Of a stretch of 64,000 nucleotides of DNA, positions 12,647-24,172 are shown one piece after another. Origin of the DNA: Neodothiora populina (taxonomy: Eukaryota); NCBI RefSeq assembly GCF_041146345.1, contig NW_027191417.1, positions 682,001 through 746,000 of the forward strand, given 5' to 3'. Positions within the stretch are counted from its first letter, which is position 1, and every line of letters begins with the position of its first letter. The translations under genes were made by a program, and so were the position numbers. The notes beneath the pieces are model-generated. The model did no database searches and was not told the DNA's origin. It saw only the letters and a list, made by a program, of their open reading frames with translations.

Positions 12647-13357
12647 CAAAGCTCACAAGCGGTTCACGGATACAGTAGATGTCAGCGGACTACCGCAAGG
12701 ACGTCTTAGGGTTTCTGATTGACAATTTTTACCTTCAACGACAATATGACGGAAGATCAACCGTCGTTTCTTCTCTTAATCTGCTACATGCTGCCAGCGC
12801 ATGGACAAGCAAAGCGTTGCATTGATGATGAATACGCTATCGTCAATTTGTGGAACTCGCAGAGGGGGGCTCTTATTGGACCGGTCAGACCAAGCTTCGA
12901 CGCAGTCGAACGCGCGCAAACTCTCATATCGCAATTTGCACACGTTACCTCGAATCGTTGGTTGAAAAGCTAGATGCGGTCGAAACTCTGCCGAGCAGCC
13001 GGATCTAGTCATGCATACTGAGCAGTTGATGTTGCAACATTGGCGCCAACTGTCTCGTCACAAGTGCCTGTTGAACCCCCAAGACGATTGACGGTTGCAT
13101 GCGCCAGCCATGCGTCGCCGCAGGGTGAGCTGTCTTCCTCGACCGGAAGAAGCTGGATTTCTCTCCTGAGATGTATCTTGGGCAATGGAAATGAGAGCCA
13201 ACACCAGCAGAGTGCATTGTTGCGTGTGGATGGCACTCAGACCAGAAGCAGCGAGGCCATCAAGTGCAGGCGGATCCAATAAACGTGCCGAGCGGCCTTG
13301 GGTCAACATTTGCAGTGACGCACTGCTATACGATGGTGTTTGAAGCAGTATCCTTGA

Positions 13358-14264
13358 TCAAGAAATAGTAAACTTGTCCAAAGTGTCCTCGACGGTGCGC
13401 AGCAAAGGAGCAACGCGATTAGGATCTCTCAAGGCTTCAGGAACATTATCCCTCCGCGCTTGCAGCTGCGAGTGAACGACGCTATAAGCTTCTTCCTTGG
13501 CGGTGTACTGCCGTATGACTGTCTTCGTGTCAAGCTCAACATAAACACGTGTGTCTCTGATGCGAACTATAACACCGTCTAGTCGAAGGAAGAAGCGACT
13601 CAGCAAGAGGAGACGATCGGCCATGACACGGATCTTGACAGAGAACATGGCGATACCGTTATCGGCCAGCTCATCCTCGTATATCACTACATCATCATAG
13701 AAGAGAATGGGATCCGGTCTCGACAGAAGGTCGAGTCTGATGGGATCTTTGGAGCTATCGGTGGCTTGCCAGTCGCCTTGGTCAGCAGGATGAGTAGTGC
13801 CTTTGTAGTCAGTACTATATGACCAATCGAACGGCTTGACAACCTCTTTGATGCCTTCGTGGTGATGTTGACTTTTCAATTGTCTTAGTACATGTTCACC
13901 AATATAATAAATACAATTTCAATTGTACAGAGCAGAGCGTTCAGACATACCGATTCCTCTGCCACTCCTCAGAGTAGGCGACCTGCAGCATACCATCGGC
14001 GGTCTTAGACACGCGATCGAGCGCATCAAAGGCATTGAACTCGACCCGCCACCCGGACGGAACATGTTCGACGGCGACGACGTTGTCTCCGAATATCATC
14101 TCGGGGACGGGGATGCGCAGTCTCTCGTTCATGCGATCGATGGGCTCCGCTTTCAGAATGGGCGCCTTGCGCGTGGCGATGCGCCATTGCTTGTTGCGTG
14201 AAACATGGGTTTCTTCCCGCGTGCCGTGGGCTTCGGTGGGGTGCACGCCTCCGTTGCTTGACAT
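13358..14264 (-). CDS. TIP41: PP2A/TOR pathway regulator Tip41 (TIPRL); exons 14264-13951, 13871-13358
   Basis: IPVPEMIFGDN, FNAFDALDRV, KPFDWSYSTDYKGT, YEDELADNG, RFFLRLDGVIVRIRDTRVY. Confidence 0.95.
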
Positions 14265-14974
14265 TTTCTTCTTTTCTTCTCAAAAAAGCAGTCAATCCGG
14301 ACGTCATGTACTTTGTGCTTTTCGTATTTGAAATTCGAATTCTTGAGGTGCAGGACGAGGAGCCAATGTGTTTTGGACTATTATGTTCGAGTCGTTCGAG
14401 TAGCCCTTCTGTGGAGCAATCTCGCTCAGGAAGCTTGGGTGTGTCCTGTGCGATGTGTGCCTCTTTCTCTGTATGCGGTGTTTATTCACTAAACGCCGCC
14501 TGACTATAAAACCACAGAGCAACAGCACAAAGGCAACAGAGAGCAAGGGCCACGGAAGGACGGAGGTTTGCGAAAGCGAAAGCCTGCTTCTTGTGCCTTG
14601 TTCACTTGTTCGTCTATTAATTAATTACAAAAGTTCCCTCGATCGCCCGATGCAGAGGGGAGGTTTGCCAAGACCCGACTAGCGTCGTTGTCGTGCAGTG
14701 ATGTTTGTATTTGGCAACAAATGGACGTGAATCCTCACTCGACCTTCTGGACAACTGGAAAAACCTCCATTCTCTGAATTATTTGCTTTACGACACAGTC
14801 GACACAATCCACACATTGCAACATCTCGTCTGCATACGACCATCCACCCGGAGAAAACAACGACGTTAGATACCACCTTGGCGAGTCATTGTCGACAAGC
14901 CCGAGCTTGAATCGACGAACCTGCCGTTCTTTACTTATTGATCACACATAAAGACTTTGTCGAAGCAAGCGACA

Positions 14975-16267
14975 ATGGATGTCCAAGCACTAGAGAGAGG
15001 CCTCGAGGGGATTTCGGTCAACGATGAGAACCACGATCAGCACAAGACTCTGCACAAGCCAAAGGTAAGCAGCCACCGCTCTACTGGACTGCAGCACTCG
15101 ACTTGAGAGGTCTAACAAGGCAACCAGGGATCAATATCGCACGCCATTTCAATGTCCAACATAGGCACCACCAACGCAGCGTCCAGTCGTCTCAAGCTCC
15201 CTCTCCAGAAACTCGCCTCTGCCAATGCAGCCAAAGGACCGGCGGCCACCGTCGCCAAGATCACGCTCCCTTCACAAGCCGCCCAGAGATCGTCGGATGC
15301 AGAGCCTCGACGTTCAGATCCCATTGTCTCCGCAGCACTGCCTACAACGCCAGCGCCGAGACAGTTTCACCTGGGCATGTTCGAGATTGGCAAGCCCTTG
15401 GGCAAGGGTAAATTTGGACGGGTCTATCTCGCGCGTGAGCGATCTACAGGGTTCATCTGCGCACTGAAAGTACTGCACAAGACGGAATTACAAGCAGGCA
15501 AAGTGGAGAAGCAAGTGCGACGAGAGATTGAGATTCAGTCCAACCTGGCGCATCCAAATGTCCTCCGTCTCTACGGCCATTTCCACGACAGCAAGCGTAT
15601 CTTCTTGATCCTCGAATTTGCGGGCAAGGGAGAGCTCTACAAGCACCTGCGCAAGGAACAGCGGTTTCCCGAGTGGAAGGCCGCGCAGTACATTGCACAG
15701 ATGACGGCAGCACTCAAGTACCTGCATAAGAAGCATGTCATCCATCGCGACATCAAGCCGGAGAACATTCTTGTCGGCATCCACGGCGAAATCAAGATCA
15801 GTGATTTCGGCTGGTCTGTGCATGCGCCGAACAACAGACGCAACACCATGTGCGGGACCCTGGACTACCTGCCTCCGGAGATGCTCAGGGGCAAGGACGA
15901 GGGCTGGTACAACGAGAAGGTGGATTTGTGGAGTCTTGGTGTCCTGACGTACGAGTTTTTGGTGGGCGAAGCACCGTTCGAGGACACGCCGGTGATGACG
16001 CAAAAGAGGATTGCAAGAGGCGAGATGACGATACCGCCGTTCGTCAGCGCCGAGGCCAAGGACCTGATCAAGAAGGTGAGTTTTTTTTTGTTTGGTATCA
16101 GCCGCAGAAGAGAATCTGACGCGATAATGCAGCTCCTTGTACTCGATCCGGAGAAGAGAATTGCGCTCTCCGAAGTGGAGCGCCATCCCTGGATTGTGAA
16201 GCATTGCGTCAAGGGCGAAAGAGCGTATAATCGGGACTCGGCAGGCAGCAAGAGATGCAGCGAGTAG
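14975..16267 (+). CDS. IPL1: Aurora kinase; exons 14975-15064, 15128-16075, 16133-16267
   Basis: [60 protein letters not shown] (Aurora signature); first exon [19 protein letters not shown] joined by a GTAAGC..CTAAC..CAG intron. Confidence 0.95.
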
Positions 16268-16704
16268 GACCAGGTCTCCAGAGCAGATGACGCTCGGCTC
16301 AAAGGTTGGTTGATTTTAATGTTTCTGTCTTTTCGACGTGTGATGGGTAATAAATGGGGAGATGCAATTGCATCCCCCGATGGCGTTTCATGGGCAGGAG
16401 GCGCAGGGTTGCATGATGCATACATACATCGGGAAGTGTTCCACTAGATGCATGAGAGCGGAGTGTGTTTGCGTTTTTTGGGTTTTGGTTGCTTTCTTTT
16501 CTTCAGTCTCGCCCCGACGAGCCAGATCTACGGATATTGTCCCCCTCGAGATGGGCCATTTTGATCGTACAAGTTTTTATCTTTTCGACTAGATGTCTGT
16601 ACCCGCATATATCAGCCGTAGGTCTTTATTGTCTGTACCGCAAGAATGACACATACACAGTTGTTCATATTGATAAAGTGGAGATTGGTAGTGTTTCTGG
16701 GCTT

Positions 16705-17466
16705 TCAACGATAGATGTCGTCAAAGGGCCTCGTGTCGGCGAAACAGCTGCCCCAGACCTCGTCGACTATGCGGGTGGCGTGGGCGTGGTCCTTGCAGGC
16801 CGGTCTCTGGGCCACGGAGAGGGTGGCTCTGCGCCTGACGCATTCTTGGAGTTGCTGTGTGATGTTCCACTGGCCGCGGGTGATGAACTCTCGGCCGAAT
16901 CGACACTCGCCCGAGAGTGTAGACGCGCGGATCTTTCGTTATCGCCAAAGTCAGCGATAATACAGACAGACAGAAAGAGGGGGAGTCAAACAAACCTCCA
17001 TACAAGCGGCATGCCTCAGATCGAGCGGGTCAAGTTTGAACCTCAGATGATCATACGCATGCACCATCTCATGCGCCATGGTATCCTCCATATGTCCGCG
17101 ATTGCGAAACTTGTTCGCACACAACAGAATCCCAAACTCGGGGTCAAACCCGCCGCTCTGGTTGGTTGTGCACCGCCTGCACCGCATGTTCGACGCGTTG
17201 AGATCGTGGCCCAGAAGATTGATGTTGTGGCGCATGAAGCGCACGACGGGCGAGTAGGACAGCAGCCAGGAGAGGTCTTTTTCGCAGCGCGCGCAGTCCG
17301 AGGCTTCGTGCATGTCGTCCTTGTGCCGGAAGTAGGCGTCGCGTTGCGTGTCGGTGGCTGAGCCGCTTAGGATGCTGAAGAACGTCGACCACGTGTAGAA
17401 GTCTTTGTCTAGGCTCGGCGGTGAGGGAGGGGTTGTTGTTGCAGGATTGGTCGTTGGTTCGGCCAT
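16705..17466 (-). CDS. ATP23: Mitochondrial inner membrane metalloprotease Atp23; exons 17466-16996, 16932-16705
   Basis: [24 protein letters not shown] (HExxH), [16 protein letters not shown] after splicing, C-terminal [14 protein letters not shown]. Confidence 0.95.
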
Positions 17467-17832
17467 GGCTGTGGTCGCGGTCGCGGTTGTGGTTATGGTA
17501 GCCGGCGTTGTGGTGATGATGATGATGATGATGTCGTCGGTGATGATATTGATGATCCCAGAGAAGTGGTGGTAGCAGAGACAAGGTATGCAGTTGTCTA
17601 TAATTCCAGTCGATGGCTCTGTTTGGTGTGATTGAGGAAGGTATGATAAAGGCATATAAATGTATCAATGTCCACATTCCACTGCCGGAGTCGCCGCAAT
17701 TGTCTCTCGGGGGATCTGTGCTTTTCCTCTGCCATTAGAGATACAATTAAATGCTTGGCGCCATTCAGTGACTCTTAGACCGTACCTTTGCCTACCCTCT
17801 ACCACAACATGATGAATAACACTCTTGTCAAT

Positions 17833-17836
<4 letters not shown>

Positions 17837-17866
<30 letters not shown>
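17837..17866. repeat. (TC)15 microsatellite in the ATP23/PRO1 divergent promoter, just upstream of the PRO1 ATG
   Basis: Direct reading. Confidence 0.9.
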
Positions 17867-17870
<4 letters not shown>

Positions 17871-17898
17871 GGGGTGGGATGATTGAGAATCCGTCACC

Positions 17899-19426
17899 AT
17901 GAAGAAGCACCTGACAATCGTCATCAAACTTGGTAATTGCCAATGGCTCTCATTTGCAGCATTGCGCTGACCATGTCCCGGCAGGCACTTCGTCCATTGT
18001 CGACGAAAATTCTCACGAACCTCTTCTGTCCATTCTCAGCACCATTGTCGAAACAGCGTGTAGACTACAAAAAGATGGACACCGTGTCGTCATTGTCTCT
18101 TCCGGCGCCATCGGAGTCGCTCTCGGCCACATGCAACTCGAGCGCCGACCGAAACACCTCCCTCAAGTCCAAGCACTGGCTGCCATCGGTCAATGCAAAC
18201 TCATGAGCCTGTGGGATCAGCTATTCATGCACCGACGACAGCCAATCGCCCAGATTCTTCTCACCAGAAACGACATTGCCGACCGCACACAATACCTCAA
18301 TGCCCAGAACACATTTATCGAGCTCATACACATGGGTGTCATTCCCATCGTCAACGAGAACGACACGCTTTCCGTCGCCGAGATCAAGTTCGGTGACAAC
18401 GACACCCTGTCCGCCATCACTGCTGCCATGGTGCAGGCCGACTATCTGTTCCTCATGACCGACGTGGACTGCCTGTACGACAAGAACCCCCGTTCCAACC
18501 CGGACGCCCAAGCGATCGAGGTCGTCGACGACATTATGGATCTCGTCGCCGATGTGTCGAGCGCCGGCTCTGCCGTGGGAACGGGTGGCATGGCGACCAA
18601 GATTGTCGCTGCTCGTCTGGCGACCTCGGCGGGCGTCACTACTGTCATCACGAGATCGTCCAAACCCGGAAACATCACAAGCATTGTCGCCTATGCCGAA
18701 TCACAAAAGGCGACGAGACACAGCCCGGACGCACAGGGTGTGTTGAAGGGAGCATCCACATCCACATCCACATCCACATCCACATGCACGGGCGGCGAAA
18801 ACACAGCAATCGCGACAATGCATACGAGTGACGAGTCCAATCTACTAAAGCGAGCGGTGGTGCAAGGAGCAGGAGCTGCGGCCACAGAGAATGCAGCCGC
18901 CGACACGGACGACTCTGCACCTTCGTCCCCGAGGCTCGACGCAGTGTCCAGACCTCCACTACACACGCGCTTCCTGCCGAATCTGCACCCGATCCGAGAT
19001 CGCTACTTTTGGCTTCTGTACGGGCTGGCCCCGCACGGTACGATCTATATCGACCCCGGAGCACATCGTGCACTGTCAGACAAGGCTGGACTTTTGCCCG
19101 TGGGCGTCATCGACGTGGAAGGTCACTTTGGACAACAGGAAGCGGTACGGCTGGTGGTCGCGCACAGGGTGCAACGGGGATCGAGCGACTTCGAGAAGGA
19201 GGGAGCCAAGGCGCCGGTGGAGATCGGAAGGGCCCTGGTGAACTACTCTGCCGCCGAGATCAGGTTGATCAAGGGACTCAAGAGCAAAGAGATCAGTGGG
19301 GTTTTGGGGTATGCAGACTCGGAGTATGTGGCACTGAGAGAGAACATTGCTTTCCCCGTGCAGGAGAGCCGACCTGGCACGCCGTCGCGGAACATGAGCG
19401 CCAGCCAGGAGTTGCCGGTCAGGTAG
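17899..19426 (+). CDS. PRO1: Glutamate 5-kinase with C-terminal PUA domain; exons 17899-17932, 17985-19426
   Basis: IVIKLGTSSI after splicing, IVSSGAIG, PIVNENDT, KFGDNDTLSA, GTGGMATK, PUA-like GLLPVGVIDVEG..GRALVNY; (TCCACA)5 at 18755-18784 encodes (ST)5 in a linker. Confidence 0.95.
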
Positions 19427-19962
19427 ATGTGAAAACCAAGACATCATGAAATGCACGACAAGGGATGTTCAGCATTCTACACACACACGAGTTCTAGTCC
19501 ATCTCATTGTATCACTATGCTGTAGGATGATATACCCTGATATGTGGTATGCGTGCCTTGTAGAGGCTCGAGAGAGGGTACGAATAAAGGGTGGAAAGGC
19601 GCCAAGAGACCTCAGCCAAGCTTTCTGGCTTGAACCTCCGCAATGTGTACTTGTACCTCTGAATGTTGTTACGTGGGCTTCAGCTTCCGGGAGGTCAGTG
19701 TCTACTGTATACCTTGGTAATTATACCTTATACTACTGTCGCTCTATTCAATTCAGCTGCAAAAGGCGCCAACCTGCCATCAAACCACGGACCTCGACTA
19801 CACAATCACTCCGAGTCTAGTCGCCCTTTTTTGTCTCGGCAATTGCACCTGACAGGTCCCTCCATCTCGAGTCGACGGGCAGGCAGCAGTAGACGACAAC
19901 AAGTCGCAGTTTCCCCCCCGGGGCTTATCAGCACCCCCCTTGCTCCCCTCTGCCAGAACCCA

Positions 19963-19970
<8 letters not shown>

Positions 19971-20002
<32 letters not shown>
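19971..20002. repeat. (AC)16 microsatellite in SEC27 5' region
   Basis: Direct reading; preceded by (TC)4. Confidence 0.9.
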
Positions 20003-20004
<2 letters not shown>

Positions 20005-20030
20005 AGCGCAAGCTGGCACTCGTCTAAAAC

Positions 20031-22981
20031 ATGCGTCTAGACGTCAAGGTATGCTGCACCATCTTTCCCAATCACCGGATGCGCAAGCACTGCTGTGCGA
20101 ACAACTCTCTATAATTCTATACAGCTGGCGAGATGGATGACAATGACAATGACAATGACCCCGATACTGACCCACGCATAAAGAGACAACTATTCGCGCG
20201 CTCGGAGCGAGTCAAGGGCATCGACTTCCACCCCACCGAGCCGTGGATCCTGACCACCCTCTACAGCGGCCATGTGTACATCTGGTCCTACGAGACGCAA
20301 GCCATTGTCAAGACCTTTGAGCTCACCGATGTCCCTGTGCGCGCAGGTCGCTTCATTGCGCGCAAGAACTGGATCGTCTGCGGCTCCGACGACTTCCAAT
20401 TGCGCGTCTACAACTACAACACTTCGGAGAAAATCACCTCCTTCGAGGCACACCCGGACTACATTCGCGCCATTGTCGTCCATCCCACACAGCCCTTTGT
20501 CCTGACCGCCTCGGACGACATGACCATCAAGCTGTGGGACTGGGAGCGCGGCTGGAAGTGCGTCCAGGTCTTCGAGGGCCACAGCCACTACGTTATGGGC
20601 TTGGCCATCAACCCCAAAGACACAAACACCTTCGCCTCGGCCTGTCTGGACAGGACGGTCAAGATCTGGAGTCTGGGCTCCAGCTCCGCCAGCTACACCA
20701 TCGAGGCTCACGAGACAAAGGGTGTCAACCACGTCGACTACTACCCTCAGTCCGACAAGCCCTACCTGCTCACCACTTCCGACGATCGCACCGTCAAGAT
20801 CTGGGACTACACCACAAAGGCTCAGATCGCCACTCTCGAGGGCCACACTAGCAATGTCTCCTTCGCCTGCTACCATCCCGAGCTGCCCGTCATCATCTCC
20901 GGGTCCGAGGACGGCACCGTCAAGATCTGGCACGCAAACACATACAGGTTGGAACAGTCGCTGAACTACGGCCTGGAGCGAGCTTGGTGTGTCAGCTACC
21001 AGCGAGGCAAGCAGGGCATTGCCATGGGTTTCGACGACGGAGCCGTTGTCGTCAAGATGGGAAGAGAGGAGCCTGCCGTGTCCATGGACGCCTCCGGAAA
21101 GGTCATCTGGGCCCGACACAGCGAGATTCTGACCACGGTCATCAAGGGTGGAGGTGACGTTCATTGCTCGCCTTCTTTTCTCTTACGAAAACTGACAGAT
21201 GTCTAGATGCATCCCTCAAGGACGCCGCACCCCTGACCCTTCCTACCAAGGACCTCGGTTCCACCGAAATCTACCCTCAGACGCTCATCCACTCGCCCAA
21301 CGGTCGCTTCGTCGCCGTCTGTGGCGACGGCGAATACATCATCTACACCGCCCTCGCTCTACGAAACCAAGCATTCGGACAAGCTCTTGACTTTGCCTGG
21401 GGTGCCAAGGAGAACGACAAGGACTACGCCATCCGCGAATCCGCCACCAGCGTCAAGGTCTTCCGCAACTTCAAGGAGAAGGCTGTGCTCAACGTCGGAT
21501 TCCAGGCCGAGGGGCTCAGTGGCGGTGTCTTGCTCGGTGTCAAGGGCCAGGGAGGCATCGGTCTGTTCGATTGGGAGACCGGTCAACTCGTCCGCAGAAT
21601 CGAGGTCGAGCCTAAGAGCGTGAGTGGTGCTTTTCTTCGTTCGCGTTCCCCGACGACCCGCTTATCCTTTTCTTACAGGTCTACTGGTCCGAGAGCGGAG
21701 AGCTTGTCACGCTGGCGTGTGAGGACACGTTCTACGTCCTCCGTTTCTCTCGTGAGGCCTACGTTGCCGCCCTTCAGGCTGGAGAGGTTGACGAGGACGG
21801 TGTCGAGGCTGCTTTTGAGGTCATTACCGACATCAACGAGAGGTGAGTGATTGCTGATAAGAATTCATATTGCTTGCGCTAATGACTTTGCCAGCGTGCG
21901 CACTGGACAATGGGTCGGCGACTGCTTCGTGTACACCAACAGCACGAATCGTCTGAACTATCTTGTTGGCGACCAGACATACACCATTTCTCACTTTGAT
22001 TCGCCACACTATGTCCTCGGCTACATTCCTCGCGATGGTCGCGTCTACGTTGCCGACAAGGACGTCCAGATCGTTTCTTTCGCCCTTTCGTTATCTGTCA
22101 TCGAATACCAGACCCTCGTCCTGCGCGGTGAGGTCGATGCCGCCAACGAAATGCTTCCCGATATCCCAGATGATCAAAAGTCAAAGATCGCTCGCTTCCT
22201 CGAAGGTCAAGGCTACAAGGAGCTAGCGCTCGAGGTCGCCACAGACCCCGAGCACAGATTCGACCTCGCCCTCGGCTTGAACCAGCTGCAAATCGCCCTC
22301 GAACTCGCACGCGAGGCGGATGTCGAACACAAGTGGAAGACCGTTGGCGACGCCGCCCTTCTGGCATGGGATATGCGCCTCGCCGAGGAGTGCTTCACAC
22401 AAGCAAAGGACCTCGGCAGTTTGCTTCTGTTGCACACTTCCAGCTACAACGAAGCCGGCCTACGATCACTCGCCAAGCAGGCCGACGACGCCGGCGCCAG
22501 GAACGTCGCTTTCAGCTGTCTGTGGCAGCTCGGCGACCTGAGCGCCTGCATCGACCTTTTGCTGCGCACACAACGCACCGCCGAGGCCGTCTTGTTCGCA
22601 CAGACCTACATGCCCAGCCGAGCGGCAGAGGTCGTCAAGACGTGGAAAAAGGAGCTCGACAGCAATGGCAAGACCAAGGTCTCACGGCTGATCGGTGTGC
22701 CGCCTTCGAACGGTGAGGAGGGCGACGCCGATCTGTTCCCCGAATGGGAGGAATACCTCCGACTCGAGAGTGAAGGCGGGCCCAAGACGACGAATCTCAT
22801 CGATGTCGACGGCGAGGACGAGGTCGAAGAGACCGCCGCCGAAGCCACCAACGGAGACGCTGCCGAAGCCGAAGACGATGCCGCAGCAGCGCCTGTAGAG
22901 GCAGAAGAAGAAGAGGCAGATGAGGAAGAGGAGGCAGATGAGGAAGAGGGCGAGTCACCGCAAACGGAACCAGAGGCTTAG
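20031..22981 (+). CDS. SEC27: Coatomer beta-prime subunit; exons 20031-20048, 20184-21153, 21207-21619, 21679-21842, 21895-22981
   Basis: [29 protein letters not shown]40 repeats, [30 protein letters not shown], acidic tail; four frame-preserving introns (second has an atypical GTGACG donor). Confidence 0.96.
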
Positions 22982-23287
22982 ATGAAATTTCGTTTTTGTT
23001 TTCTTGTTTCTTGCAGTTCGAAAAAGGAAACTCCACGTGGGCATAAGAATGAAATGAAAGTTATTCCTTTTTGGTATCTTGTTTTCTTGTGCAAGACTTT
23101 CCTCGTGTCTTTTGCGCCTCACTGGTTTTTTTTCCAAAAAAAAAAGGGCCAAGTAAAGGGCAGAGCGCAGATCTATGTCCCCTTCCCTCTTCGCCTGTAA
23201 GCAAAGGAGACCAACAGCGTAAATGAAAACACGGGACACCATCCCCATCCTCTGACTCTCATTCCTTCATTCCATCCCCTATTTTCT

Positions 23288-24172
23288 TTACGTTTCTACT
23301 TCTTTGTCTATCGCCTCCTTTGCTTTCGCAGCCATGGCGAGTTTGAGCTTCGGGAAAAACTCCTTGGCCACGACCGCGTCTACGAACTCGGTCTGTTTGA
23401 TTATTTTCGGCAGGGATGACGATACCTTGCTTGCGTCTGTTGTGTCTGTTTCTGATTCGTCATCGGAGCCACTGTTCCCACCTTCGCCGCAGTCGTCACT
23501 TAAACCTTTACCCTTTCCTTGTTCATCGTCGAGCGCCTCCGAAGGTTGTGATGACGACGACGATGCTACTGGGGCTGCTGCTGCTGCTGCTGCTGCTGGA
23601 GGTGGCCTTTCGAAATCGAGAATCCAGATGTATTCGTTCACGTACTCGCCAGCCAGCGTATCGGCTCTGGCGCTCAGATGGCAGACTACTGTCTGTCCTT
23701 TTTGATTAGTTATTCTCTCCGCTTTGGCGTTATTGTCGTCGGCGTTATTGTCGTCATCACTAATCTCAACCCCTCCTCCGCCATCTTCGTCTTCAACAAC
23801 CATGACCGCCCTCCTCAACCTCAGTTCAAAAGCACCAAACACGCTTCTCAGCGCGTATAGAGAAGAAATATACCCCTCGTTGTCCTGGGGTGGAATCCCG
23901 AGTGATACAGGGTGGATATACCGCATACACTTCTCGTGGCGCAGGGAGAGGATCAGCGGGATGTTTTGTGTGTTGAAGGCGTGTAGTAGGTGGTGTGTTG
24001 CTTTTAGGTAGGGGTGGCTTTTTGTTTTGCTTTGCTGCTGGTTGTGGTGGTGGTGGTGGTGCTGCTGCTGCTGCTGGGATGGGGATTGCTGGGCTTGAGT
24101 TTCTTCATGGGTGGCGGGGGATGTTCGTCGCTGATGCTGTTTGGTTTTGGGGGACGCGAGACATTCTGCTCG
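23288..24172 (-). CDS. SnoaL/NTF2-like fold protein (AusH/AusJ-like) with low-complexity insertions; start codon unresolved
   Basis: Frame is open from 24172: ATHHLLHAFNTQNIPLILSLRHEKCMRYIHPVSLG..ARADTLAGEYVNEYIWILDF..KIIKQTEFVDA fits fungal SnoaL-like proteins; no in-frame ATG before the first helix. Confidence 0.65.
   Translation of the reverse strand, partial: RAECLASPKTKQHQRRTSPATHEETQAQQSPSQQQQQHHHHHHNQQQSKTKSHPYLKATHHLLHAFNTQNIPLILSLRHEKCMRYIHPVSLGIPPQDNEGYISSLYALRSVFGAFELRLRRAVMVVEDEDGGGGVEISDDDNNADDNNAKAERITNQKGQTVVCHLSARADTLAGEYVNEYIWILDFERPPPAAAAAAAAPVASSSSSQPSEALDDEQGKGKGLSDDCGEGGNSGSDDESETDTTDASKVSSSLPKIIKQTEFVDAVVAKEFFPKLKLAMAAKAKEAIDKEVET

Noticed and set aside
16951..17677. 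Long upstream extensions of ATP23 (poly-Ile/Thr or poly-His frames)
   Set aside because: Products of trinucleotide repeats in the 5' UTR; ATG at 17466 is more plausible.
20190..21164. 324-aa antisense ORF to SEC27 (and similar ones over Aurora, ATP23, FOL1 and the NAK kinase)
   Set aside because: Shadow ORFs caused by high GC3 codon bias.
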